From Gammaproteobacteria bacterium (GTDB lineage Bacteria > Pseudomonadota > Gammaproteobacteria > UBA4575), in assembly GCA_965247265.1 (NCBI GenBank), contig OZ252002.1, forward strand, positions 1,962,565-2,026,564: DNA of 64,000 nt, given 5' to 3'. Numbering within the stretch: the stretch's first letter is position 1; each line of letters begins with the position of its first letter. This document shows, piece after piece, positions 22,001-29,012 of the stretch. The notes beneath the pieces were generated by a model. It was not told where the DNA came from, searched no databases, and was given only the letters and a program-made list of their open reading frames with translations. The position numbers were made by a program, and so were the translations under genes.

Positions 22001-24405
22001 GGCGTGGCGATCTTGCTGGAGGGCAGGCCGGTGATGCCGGACGTATCCACCGCCCGCACCGTGAAGGTGTATTCGGTGCCGTTGGTCAAGGTGGAAATGG
22101 TGGTGGTCGTCGTGTTCCCCGATCCGGCCGGGACGTCCAAGATCTCAGGCGTCGCGCCGCTGCTGGTGGCCTGCCAATGGATCCGATAATGGGTGATCAA
22201 GGCGTTGCCCGTATCCCACTGCAATATGGCTTGGCCGTCGCCCGGCTCCGCCGCCAGATTGGTCGGTGCCGGCCACAGTGGCGTGGCGGTAATGGCGGCG
22301 GCCGTACCGCCAGCTAAATCGTTAGCCGCGCGCAGCGCCAACGTGTGTGCGGTTCCGTTGGTCAGGCCGGTCACGGTGTGTTCGAGGGTGTTGTCCGTAT
22401 TGTTTTCGATGATGTCGTTGCTGTCGATATTGGTGAAGATCGTGCCACCGTCGGTGCTCACCTGATATTTGGCGATCGTGCTGTCAGCCGGATTGTCCCA
22501 AGTCAGAGTGGCCTTGCGGTCTTCGCCCTGCGTGACCGAGAGGTTCGCCGGGGCGGGCCACAGGGGAATAGCATCGGCGTTGGCCGGATTGCCGTTTCCG
22601 GAAGCGTTCACCGCGCGTACCCACAATGTGTATTGGGTGCCGTTGGTCAGGCCGGTTACGGTGTAGGTGGTGGTGGTCCGACTGCTGCCGCTGATGTCGG
22701 TGAAGTTCCCGCCGCCGTCGGTTCTGACCTGGTACTTCCTGATGGTGTTGTCGCCCGGATTGATCCAGGACAGCGTGACTTGGCCGTCACCCACCGTAGC
22801 CGAGAGGCCCGTCGGTTCGGCCGGTGGCGCGCGCGGCGTCGCGGTCGCGGTGGATGCCTGGCCGGGACCGGAAATGTTCCTCGCGCGCAACTCGAACGTG
22901 TACTCGGTGCCGTTGGTCAGGCCGGTCACGGTGTGTTCGGTGGTGTCCACACCGCTGCCGTCGATGTCCGTCCACGCAGTGTAGGTGCTGTCGTCGCTGT
23001 CCGTCACCTTCGAGCGGACCTGGTATCTGGCGATCGTGTCGCCGCCCGGATTGGACCAGGACAGCGTGACCGCGCCGTCACCCGGCACGGGCAAGAGGCT
23101 CGTCGGGGCGGCCGGGAGCGTCGCGGCGGTCACGGTGGCTGCTGTGCCGTTGCCACCAACATTCTTCGCACGCACCGCAAACGTGTACGCGGTGCTGCTG
23201 GTGAGGCCGGTCACGGTGTATCCGGTGGGGGGCGCATCGGGGTCGGTGACGGCGATGTTCGCCCACGCAGTGTAGGTGCTGTCGTCGCTGTCCGTCACCT
23301 TCGAGCGGACCTGGTATCTGGTGATCGTGTTGTTGCCCGGATCGCCCCAGTTCAGCGTCACCTCGTCGGTTTCATCCGACGCGGCCGAGAGGTTCGGGGC
23401 GGCCGGAAGCGTCGCGGTGGTCACGGTGGCTGCTGCGCCGTTGCCGCCAACATTCTTCGCACGCACCGCAAACGTGTACGTGGTGCCGCTGGTGAGGCCG
23501 GTCACGGTGTAGCTGTCGGTGCTCGCACCGCTGCCGCCGATATCGGTCCAGTTGCCGTAGTCGCCCGCGCCTGTTTTCCGGCGATACTGGTACTTGGTGA
23601 TCGTGTTGTTGGCCGGATCGTCCCAGGTCAGCGCCACCTCGGTTTCACCCGGCGCGGCCGAGAGGTTCTCCGGCGCCGCCGGGGCCAAGGTGTTCCCCTG
23701 GACCCTGATTTGTATCGAAGTTGAGTACACACCGCCATCATCCTCCCAGCCCCCGGTTCTGTCAGACCGGCGCGTGTAGCGGTGATTGCCGATGCTCCAC
23801 TCTATGGCCTTGCCGGAATCTTCGTTGTCGTTAGCCGTCAGGTTCCAACGAGGTCTGGTTCCGCTACCGTCAAACGTCATGTGCACGAAGTATTGGGTGT
23901 TTCGAGTCAGAGTGGCTACGCCAGGGGCGGTGAATGTCTGGAGTCCCGTCCCTATGTTGGACGGGTTGGTCAAGGTGTATAAGACCGCGTTGCTCGGGCG
24001 ACCCGATCCGGTGGCGGCCCCCACCGTGACCGTCAGGGTTCCACTACCCGGAGCCCCCTGCGTGTCCAACTGGATACTTGATAGGTCGTAGCCCCGCGTA
24101 TTCTGGCCCGTGGTGAACCCCTGAGCACAGTCTAGTTCTATTATTGGTTCAGAACCTTGGACACATGCTGTATGGCCGTGGGTGGTTTGGCCCGTGTTGC
24201 TCACGAGGGTTTGGGCGTGCGCCGGCGCCGTGAAACCGAGCGGCAGCACCACGGCGGCGAGGACTGCGCCGATGATTACCAGCCGTGGGAAAGATCTCAC
24301 GGAAACTATCCCCCTGCACGCGCCTGTTCGACACAACGTCGGGCTACTTGCGTTTTTGGCGTGAATTATATCGTTATTCATGTTCGTCTGCTTGCTTGCA
24401 GTCAC
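16042..24405 (-). CDS. giant autotransporter adhesin (2787 aa): signal peptide, about 18-20 fibronectin type III repeats, Calx-beta-like region, C-terminal outer-membrane beta-barrel
   Basis: N-terminal signal peptide ...LGFTAPAHAQT. Repeats of about 95 aa of pattern LPAAP..L.A.....V.L.W..P....I..YQ.R.......T......TTYTVTGLTNGTEYTF.VRA.N..G.G. C-terminus alternates hydrophobic residues and ends ...AVMLRGQMRF (terminal Phe). About 68% GC. Plus-strand ORFs inside are artefacts. Confidence 0.8.
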   Translation of the reverse strand: MTASKQTNMNNDIIHAKNASSPTLCRTGACRGIVSVRSFPRLVIIGAVLAAVVLPLGFTAPAHAQTLVSNTGQTTHGHTACVQGSEPIIELDCAQGFTTGQNTRGYDLSSIQLDTQGAPGSGTLTVTVGAATGSGRPSNAVLYTLTNPSNIGTGLQTFTAPGVATLTRNTQYFVHMTFDGSGTRPRWNLTANDNEDSGKAIEWSIGNHRYTRRSDRTGGWEDDGGVYSTSIQIRVQGNTLAPAAPENLSAAPGETEVALTWDDPANNTITKYQYRRKTGAGDYGNWTDIGGSGASTDSYTVTGLTSGTTYTFAVRAKNVGGNGAAATVTTATLPAAPNLSAASDETDEVTLNWGDPGNNTITRYQVRSKVTDSDDSTYTAWANIAVTDPDAPPTGYTVTGLTSSTAYTFAVRAKNVGGNGTAATVTAATLPAAPTSLLPVPGDGAVTLSWSNPGGDTIARYQVRSKVTDSDDSTYTAWTDIDGSGVDTTEHTVTGLTNGTEYTFELRARNISGPGQASTATATPRAPPAEPTGLSATVGDGQVTLSWINPGDNTIRKYQVRTDGGGNFTDISGSSRTTTTYTVTGLTNGTQYTLWVRAVNASGNGNPANADAIPLWPAPANLSVTQGEDRKATLTWDNPADSTIAKYQVSTDGGTIFTNIDSNDIIENNTDNTLEHTVTGLTNGTAHTLALRAANDLAGGTAAAITATPLWPAPTNLAAEPGDGQAILQWDTGNALITHYRIHWQATSSGATPEILDVPAGSGNTTTTTISTLTNGTEYTFTVRAVDTSGITGLPSSKIATPAPVPDPPANLSPTARSQEVALTWADPDDDTITKYQVSTNGGTNFIDIEGSSAATTTTTVTGLTNGTEYTLAVRAVNDSGPGAAPRVTATPLWPAPTGLVAVPDKGRVVLQWDTGDSGIARYAVRTTLTGTNTQVSDNAHESGSGNKTTVSVGGLTDGTNYTFTVRAASGTFTNFQITGAASTATATPAVALPAAPTGLMPTAGDGEVLLTWDDPNNLTISGYDYSTNGGVTTFVSIGDSSATTTEYTVVFLSDGGGNIVINGTQYTLAVRAENASGKGPWATVTATPIAKPAAPANFAATRGSDGGEVALTWDDPGNVPITGYQYRQKRGNRAFGDWTDIDGSGATTVSHTVTGLSNGRQHTVELRAVNASGEGAASSDKATPLWPAPNLVATPDHGRVHLEWTGVPGAKDYTLTTKGPGVNWSSFLSFGASPSKVDDSIGLDPNHPLANGTEYTFTVWSTTAGGTQTSVKASVKATPVAPPLPADPTISSATPGDSRVVLKWDDPGNITITKYQVRWKVKDSNDSTYTPWADITSPNPFATPPTHPTTYTATGLINGTTYTFEVRAGNGTGEGPASTVDAMPIAIPDAPENLSAAPGDGQVALSWSKPSNDATIGNYDYEVSTDGGDNYSGIPNSDKETTAHTVMGLTNGTEYTFAVRAENDAGKGLAATVTATPMAVPAAPTALSATAGATEVALAWDDPDDDTITGYQVSTDGGETFADIDDTDISENDTDNTLAYTVTGLTNGTEYTFKLRAVNASGVGAASTVTAPTLPAAPTGLMAEGGEDRQVTLSWDDPDNNMVSGYQYSTDGGTTFIDIESSGAATTTHTVTVLSDGTGTRLTNGTEYTFELRAVNLSGAGAASPETATPLWPAPTGLVAAPGEGQVMLTWDRGDPGIARYKVSTYYTPINSVDPLLETFLSPGSGDQTTLLIPGLTNRTDYTFTVQAVDTSGDDTVITGRAGSVDAMPVPVPAPPANLAAMPANGQAVLTWDDPNDSSITRYQYRQRVSGADFGDWSDIGGSSATTTTYTVTGLTNGSPYGFELRAVNASGDGEASSVGATPIAVPDAPTISSATPGDGQVVLAWNDPSDRSITKYQVRSKVRSSNDSTYTAWANIAVTDPDAPPTGYTVTGLTNGTEYTFAVRAVNDPGNGPASTVTARPIAPPAAPEISSVGPGYRKVTLTWADPNDSTITGYQVSINGDDNFTDIPNSAHHQTNATGYTVPGLKNGTEYTLAVRAMNDAGEGDASAANATPFNNPPTGSSKEVSTYDNEPYRFTMKDFAYSDDEVDTLHHVKIASPPVDDEGNDRGTLSLNGAAITSDILPRQVTPADLEAGKLLYTPPENAHGEPFATFGFKVSDGESDSVAYAMAISVVRVYLVRFGAAAYAVEEGGDPVRVTVTLSKQAADALEIPITVTPRGRTVAADYTVTVTDPDVLDPATGTVTLKFEETGDTTRSFTIEATEQAKQDDNFHDVRVALGFGTLPTDVAKGAPARATLTIVDAEGTVVQARFRRLNDEILSKHALTLADVTNRAIGARMDEACGKQAAAYTLAGGSTLYDTLRSNAPAIEDDALTLADVLAGSSFRLPLAAAANDGMAPGAGGPVVWGRGERQVLESTESAFAWDGTVLTGQLGIDGCLREDLLTGLALSRSIGEFDYSDGTGSSPVRGDYESRMTSVHPYLGWTSPQGLGLWATVGYGWGDIEIEDAQVRDGDPDYPVRRSDTTLKTAAAGASGPLMTDESPIAGGTMALELRSEASWAQVEVEGDDGLIEEQTVNAWRLRLALEGSHEQALASGGSLTPSLELGLRHDGGDGITGTGIEIVGSLRYRDPAAGLTVEGHGRVLTGQSNYQEWGLGGSVRLDPSAEGRGLSFSLFPTWGETASGVDRLWDQDVAELASDDRAANDNVPQMRLDSELGYGFGALGGHGLLTPYGGFSLAGEGSQRYWIGSRFEIGSSLNLSLEGERREPANDAAADHAVMLRGQMRF

Positions 24406-24576
24406 GCTGTCCTACTCACCGGTTACTGGCCCTCGTTATGTGGCCTTCGGCTGGTAATCATACCAAAGGGAGCATTCTCTAGACAGTTCTTAGTCGAACC
24501 TGTCAAGTGTCCTAGCCCCTAAACTTGATCCACATTTTAAGAGAGAATTGTATTTTGTAGTGGCCAAGGGGTTCAT

Positions 24577-24942
24577 ATGCGCAAGCGTTTCAAAGAGACC
24601 GAGATCATCAATCTGTTGCGAGGCATTGAAGTAAAGATAGCCGAAGGCCGGGCCGTGCCGGATGCGTGTCGCAGTGCGGGCGTGAGTGATAAAAGCTATT
24701 ATCGCTGGCGTAAGCTCTACGGCAGTATGGGCAGCAGTGAAGTGAAGAAGTGTAAGGAATTGGAGAAGGAGAACGATCGACTCAAACACATTGTCGCCGA
24801 TTTGGAACTCGATAAATGCATCCTGAAGGAAGCGCTGGATTTTTTAGGACACAAGGGGCAGGTCCCGAACAAGTACGCAAAACGGTCATGCATGTCCGTC
24901 AACGCCTGGGGAGTAGCGAGCGCCGCACCTGTCGTATATTAG
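24577..24942 (+). CDS. IS3-family transposase OrfA
   Basis: MRKRFKETEIINLL...SYYRWRKLYG...ELEKENDRLKHIVADLELDKCILKEAL. Confidence 0.7.
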   Translation: MRKRFKETEIINLLRGIEVKIAEGRAVPDACRSAGVSDKSYYRWRKLYGSMGSSEVKKCKELEKENDRLKHIVADLELDKCILKEALDFLGHKGQVPNKYAKRSCMSVNAWGVASAAPVVY

Positions 24943-25724
24943 ATCAACCTCGCAGCACGCAACGCTATGGTTGCATCCAGAATACTGACAATGAGGATGC
25001 CCTGAGACTAGCCCTGGTTCGTTTGGCCAAGCAGTACGGGTGGTACGGTTATCGCAAGATGACCGCCTTGCTTCGCATCGAAGGTTGGCGCGTCAATCAC
25101 AAAAAAGTCGGACGTTTATGGCGAGAAGAAGGATTGCAAGTACCCAAGCGTCATAAGAAACGTAAACGGCTCTACGACCATAAACATTCCATCATTCGGA
25201 TGCGGCCCCTCTATCCACGACACATCTGGAGTGTTAATTTTGTACAAGATCGACTCATCCATGGTCGCCCCTACAAGATGTTAACGGTAATCGATGAATA
25301 TACCCGGCAGTGTTTAATAGTTGCCACGCAGTTTGCGATGACGTCACAAGAGGTGTTGGAAACACTGAGCCAACTCTTTATTCAACATGGAAAACCCCAC
25401 TATATCCGTAGTGACAATGGCGGCGAATTCAAAGCCAGGCGGTTACAACAGCGGCTCACGCAAGTCGGTGTAGAACCGATTTATATCTACCCCGGCAGTC
25501 CTTGGGAGAATGGATATAACGAACGCTTCAATGGCACCTTACGAAATGAAGTACTTAACCTCGAGGTCTTCTATTCCATCCAAGAAGCACAATCAGTGAT
25601 TAAACAATGGGTGCAACAATACAATCACACCAGGCCCCGTCAATCATTAAACTATCGACCTCCTGTGCCCGAAACCACGACACCTGCTCTCTCACAAGAA
25701 GTGGTACATACCAAGGGGGCTTGA
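24816..25724 (+). CDS. IS3-family transposase OrfB (DDE integrase core)
   Basis: ...RRTCRILDQPRSTQRY...HIWSVNFVQD...LTVIDEYTRQCL...IRSDNGGEFKA...WENGYNERFNGTLRNE. Confidence 0.75.
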   Translation: MHPEGSAGFFRTQGAGPEQVRKTVMHVRQRLGSSERRTCRILDQPRSTQRYGCIQNTDNEDALRLALVRLAKQYGWYGYRKMTALLRIEGWRVNHKKVGRLWREEGLQVPKRHKKRKRLYDHKHSIIRMRPLYPRHIWSVNFVQDRLIHGRPYKMLTVIDEYTRQCLIVATQFAMTSQEVLETLSQLFIQHGKPHYIRSDNGGEFKARRLQQRLTQVGVEPIYIYPGSPWENGYNERFNGTLRNEVLNLEVFYSIQEAQSVIKQWVQQYNHTRPRQSLNYRPPVPETTTPALSQEVVHTKGA

Positions 25725-25759
25725 CATGAGATGGTGACGACTGTGACAGTGAATTTTTA

Positions 25760-26199
25760 TTATCAAAAATTATCTCAATAACTCTTTTACCAGTACCACC
25801 TTTTCGTTTACGAATAATATTTACCCCCATTTTTCGTAAAGCTGGTTGAAGCTCAGTAAGCCTGTTACTAAAAGTAGCTGGAATATTTGGCCATCCTCTT
25901 GGTTTGCGCTTTCCAGCAATTTCCCACTGCATTATTCGATCAATAATTTCTAATAATTCTGATGCCGTACCTATCCATTGATCTTGATTTTTTGAAAATG
26001 TGTATATGGCACTACCTAGTAGAGAGTTTTCAATTGTCACCTGGGCATTATTGACATACTTTTTCATATAAATATTTGTAAATTCATGTTCTTGCCATCC
26101 AAATGCAGGAGAAGCAGCTGTAGCCAATAAAACAAAGTCAGCCATTCGGGGCAGTCTATCTAATCGGGTGTGAGGTAACTCGCGCAGTGCAACAGACAA
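25760..26199 (-). pseudogene. IS-truncated gene fragment (phage/plasmid replication-protein-like; function uncertain)
   Basis: ORF opens just upstream of 26199 and runs into the IS3 right end. No confident domain call. Confidence 0.25.
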
Positions 26200-26271
26200 C
26201 CCTTTTTATAGTGCGCCGAGCATTTTTGGTCTAGCAATATCAAACTCTTTTCAGAAAAGACAATATCTAGT

Positions 26272-26811
26272 TTGTGTGAATCAGGTCATTTTCCTCATGC
26301 AGTTATTGATAGAGCCATTTGGTTTAGAAAATCTATCTCTCAAGCTTGGGTTAATGAAAATTTAACAGAATACTTTGATGGCAAACCTTTTAAACCAATT
26401 GTAATAAATAAAATAAATTACACAGATGGTATCGAATCAATCAAAGATTTAGATTTACATTTCCTGAACGAATTAAGCTGTATAGCAGATCGTTTGTATC
26501 AACTAACTGGTTTACCACCAGGTATTTATTTTTTGATTAAGAGCAGTGAAATTGTCTACATAAGCAAAAGTGTTTGTCCATTTAGTAGAATAAAGTCACA
26601 TAAAACTAACAACAAATTATTTGATCATGCCTATCTATTACCTGCACCAGAAATCTACCATACAGAATTAGAAACTGAATTAATTAAGTTATATCAACCG
26701 CCATTAAATAATGAAATTGCTAAGAAGCTTAAGACTTGGGAAAAGTCTAAATATAAAAATGCACAAACATTAGTTACTAAAGTACTGAAAAATGAAGCTG
26801 TTAAGACTTAA
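26272..26811 (+). CDS. GIY-YIG nuclease-domain protein (phage-associated)
   Basis: ...GIYFLIKSSEIVYISKSVCPFSRIKSHK... is a GIY-YIG-like motif. AT-rich. Confidence 0.45.
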   Translation: MCESGHFPHAVIDRAIWFRKSISQAWVNENLTEYFDGKPFKPIVINKINYTDGIESIKDLDLHFLNELSCIADRLYQLTGLPPGIYFLIKSSEIVYISKSVCPFSRIKSHKTNNKLFDHAYLLPAPEIYHTELETELIKLYQPPLNNEIAKKLKTWEKSKYKNAQTLVTKVLKNEAVKT

Positions 26812-27037
26812 AGATTATCGGTTGCGCTTTTACGAGCATCCAAGACCAGCATTAAAAACGTTAAAAAAATACGTTCGTGATGGCGATTTATCAGGCGGTT
26901 TTATTGATAGTAAAGGATATTATTGGGTAGACTTGGACAAAACCGAAATTGAAAATACTCGTTTAGCAGAAGATATCGAAATCGACGAAATTTTAAAACG
27001 CACTCCTGAAGCAGAAGAACAAATAAAAGGTTTATGA
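26792..27037 (+). CDS. small phage protein upstream of and overlapping the integrase (possible excisionase/regulator)
   Basis: 81-aa ORF overlapping the integrase start by 4 nt. Assigned by position only. Confidence 0.3.
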   Translation: MKLLRLKDYRLRFYEHPRPALKTLKKYVRDGDLSGGFIDSKGYYWVDLDKTEIENTRLAEDIEIDEILKRTPEAEEQIKGL

Positions 27038-28185
27038 ATCCTAGAAAGTGGAAGCACGACTTACCAGATAATTTAACACTGGATGAGTCTAAAGGTCGTT
27101 ATCGTTACTGGCATCCTATTAAAAAAAATCGAACCTGGCTGGGAAAAGATAAAGCCAAAGCTATGCAATTAGCTACAGATTTTAATCTTGCTATTGAATT
27201 ACAATTACAAAAAAGACGAATCGAGAATGGAAATCCATACAAAGTTAAACATCTTGTTAATTTGTTCCGTGCATCTGCGATTCATAACGAGCCGTGGGAT
27301 GATGGCACAAAACGTAATTACGAATTTAAGTTAAATGTAATTAATGATGAATATGGAAATCACCATTTTGTTGCTATTGATCGTTTAGAAATTGATAAGT
27401 TTTTAACACTACGTTGTAAAAATGCTGATACTTGGAATAAATGGCGGTATGTATTCATATTGTTATATCGCTTTGCTATTAGCAAAAAAATAGTCGAATT
27501 TAATGAAGCTGAAGCTGTATTGAAAAGATCGACTAGCAAAAAAATAGCATATAACCGCACTCAGAGAATCCCTTTAACTATAGATCGTTTCTGGAAGATT
27601 CATGATCATGAAGAAACCGAACCTTTTATGAAAGTGGCAATGAAGTTTTCACTGGTAACATTACAATCAAGATTTGAATGTGTAAGTGTAAAATATACAG
27701 ATGAACGAGACGGATTTATTTATATTATTCGCGACAAGACATCTGGTGATTCAGATATGGCCTTTATTCGTATCGAAGTTACCGACCAAATAAAGGAGAT
27801 CATTGGTGAATCACGTAACGATAATGTAGTAACCCCTTACATTGTTCATCGTAAACCTAAATCACGCCAACGTCGACATATAGATAACAAACCACACTGG
27901 ACTTATGTTGAGCCTGATTTTATTACCAAGGAATTTCGCAGAGTAATGTTATTAGCATGTCCTGAATATAAAAATACAGGTCGTCAATGCCCTACTTTTC
28001 ATCAAATACGTAAGCTTGGCGCGAATCTGTATTACGACGGTGGCTACACAAAGGACCAAGTACGCTCACTCATGACTCACACAGACGAGAAAACCACTCA
28101 AATCTATTTAACCACTGGCCAAGTACCAGATAATCGATTTATCAAGGTAAAAGCCTCACTTAAGCTGTCAGATTTTAGAACTTGA
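27034..28185 (+). CDS. int: tyrosine site-specific integrase (383 aa) adjacent to tRNA-Gly
   Basis: C-terminus ...RQCPTFHQIRKLGANLYYDGGYTKDQVRSLMTHTDEKTTQIYL carries the HxxR and catalytic Tyr. Transcribed toward the tRNA-Gly 3' end 127 nt downstream. Confidence 0.8.
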   Translation: MNPRKWKHDLPDNLTLDESKGRYRYWHPIKKNRTWLGKDKAKAMQLATDFNLAIELQLQKRRIENGNPYKVKHLVNLFRASAIHNEPWDDGTKRNYEFKLNVINDEYGNHHFVAIDRLEIDKFLTLRCKNADTWNKWRYVFILLYRFAISKKIVEFNEAEAVLKRSTSKKIAYNRTQRIPLTIDRFWKIHDHEETEPFMKVAMKFSLVTLQSRFECVSVKYTDERDGFIYIIRDKTSGDSDMAFIRIEVTDQIKEIIGESRNDNVVTPYIVHRKPKSRQRRHIDNKPHWTYVEPDFITKEFRRVMLLACPEYKNTGRQCPTFHQIRKLGANLYYDGGYTKDQVRSLMTHTDEKTTQIYLTTGQVPDNRFIKVKASLKLSDFRT

Positions 28186-28216
28186 TCACAGTCGGTGAAC
28201 GGTTGCGCTTTTATAA

Positions 28217-28260
28217 TTTTTGAGTAGACACATAGACACAAAGTTTGTGTCTACTTTGTG
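28217..28260. repeat. nested perfect palindrome between the integrase and tRNA-Gly (GTAGACACA TAGACACAAAG t TTGTGTCTA ctt TGTGTCTAC)
   Basis: 10-bp perfect inverted arms TAGACACAAA / TTTGTGTCTA with an outer 9-bp pair GTAGACACA / TGTGTCTAC. Candidate integrase core-binding site or terminator. Confidence 0.5.
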
Positions 28261-28311
28261 TCTACAGTTTAGAACGTGATTTTTACAAGTGATTGAATTG
28301 TAAAAAGAATA

Positions 28312-28388
28312 ATGGAGCGGGAAACCAGGTTCGAACTGGCGACCTCAACCTTGGCAAGGTTGCGCTCTACCAACTGAGCTATTCCCGC
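28312..28388 (-). tRNA. glyW: tRNA-Gly (anticodon GCC)
   Basis: Reverse complement GCGGGAATAGCTCAGTTGGTAGAGCGCAACCTTGCCAAGGTTGAGGTCGCCAGTTCGAACCTGGTTTCCCCGCTCCA resembles E. coli glyW. The 3' acceptor strand has one extra C (77 nt). Confidence 0.85.
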
Positions 28389-28451
28389 TTAAGAGTGCAC
28401 TATTCTATTGATCAACATCGCTGAGTCAATAAACCTGGTAAATGTAAAATA

Positions 28452-29006
28452 TTAGCTGTTTACCTTAATCGCTCGGCTTATATAAACCACCATTGACCAT
28501 AAAGTAAGTGCTGCAGCAACATATAATAGCCACACACCAATATCAAATATTGGTAGACCGAAAATTGGGTAATAGTAGAGCAAAAGAAATAAAGAAACCA
28601 TTTGCGCAGTTGTTTTTATCTTACCTAACATTGATACCGCAACAGAGCCCCGATGACCAAGCTCGGACATCCATTCTCTTAAGCCAGAAACTGTGATTTC
28701 TCGACCAATTATGATTAGAGAAGGTATTAAAATCGATAACTTTCCGTATTCATCAACAATCATGACCAGGACGGTTACCACAATAAGCTTATCTGCGATG
28801 GGGTCTAAAAATTCTCCAAGTTTGGAGCTTTGATTTAACTTTCGAGCTAGATAGCCATCAAGCCAATCCGTGATTCCTGCTAAACCAAATAAAATTGCCG
28901 CGGCTGGCATTCCAAATTTGTTTGCAGGAAAATAATACACAAGCACTAATAAAGGAATAATTAATATTCTTATTATTGTCAATATATTAGGGATGTTATT
29001 TGACAT
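28452..29006 (-). CDS. pgsA: CDP-diacylglycerol--glycerol-3-phosphate 3-phosphatidyltransferase
   Basis: ...GITDWLDGYLARKLNQSSKLGEFLDPIADKL is the CDP-OH transferase motif. 184 aa. Conserved uvrC-pgsA-tRNA-Gly synteny. Confidence 0.85.
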   Translation of the reverse strand: MSNNIPNILTIIRILIIPLLVLVYYFPANKFGMPAAAILFGLAGITDWLDGYLARKLNQSSKLGEFLDPIADKLIVVTVLVMIVDEYGKLSILIPSLIIIGREITVSGLREWMSELGHRGSVAVSMLGKIKTTAQMVSLFLLLYYYPIFGLPIFDIGVWLLYVAAALTLWSMVVYISRAIKVNS

Positions 29007-29012
29007 TTTAAT

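Larger units (their letters stand above)
24520..25760 (+). mobile_element. IS3-family insertion sequence (orfA + orfB with programmed -1 frameshift); ends approximate
   Basis: orfA 24577..24942 has a helix-turn-helix plus leucine zipper. orfB 24816..25724 has a DDE transposase with ...IRSDNGGEF...PGSPWENGYNERFNGTLRNE. Inverted repeats were not unambiguously located. Confidence 0.65.

Noticed and set aside
16176-24522. Dozens of plus-strand ORFs (for example 18358..20730, 790 aa; 22345..23724, 459 aa) opposite the giant adhesin gene
   Set aside because: At 68% GC, stop codons are rare in all frames. These translations are Arg/Gly/Pro-rich with no domain logic. The minus-strand 2787-aa ORF explains the region.
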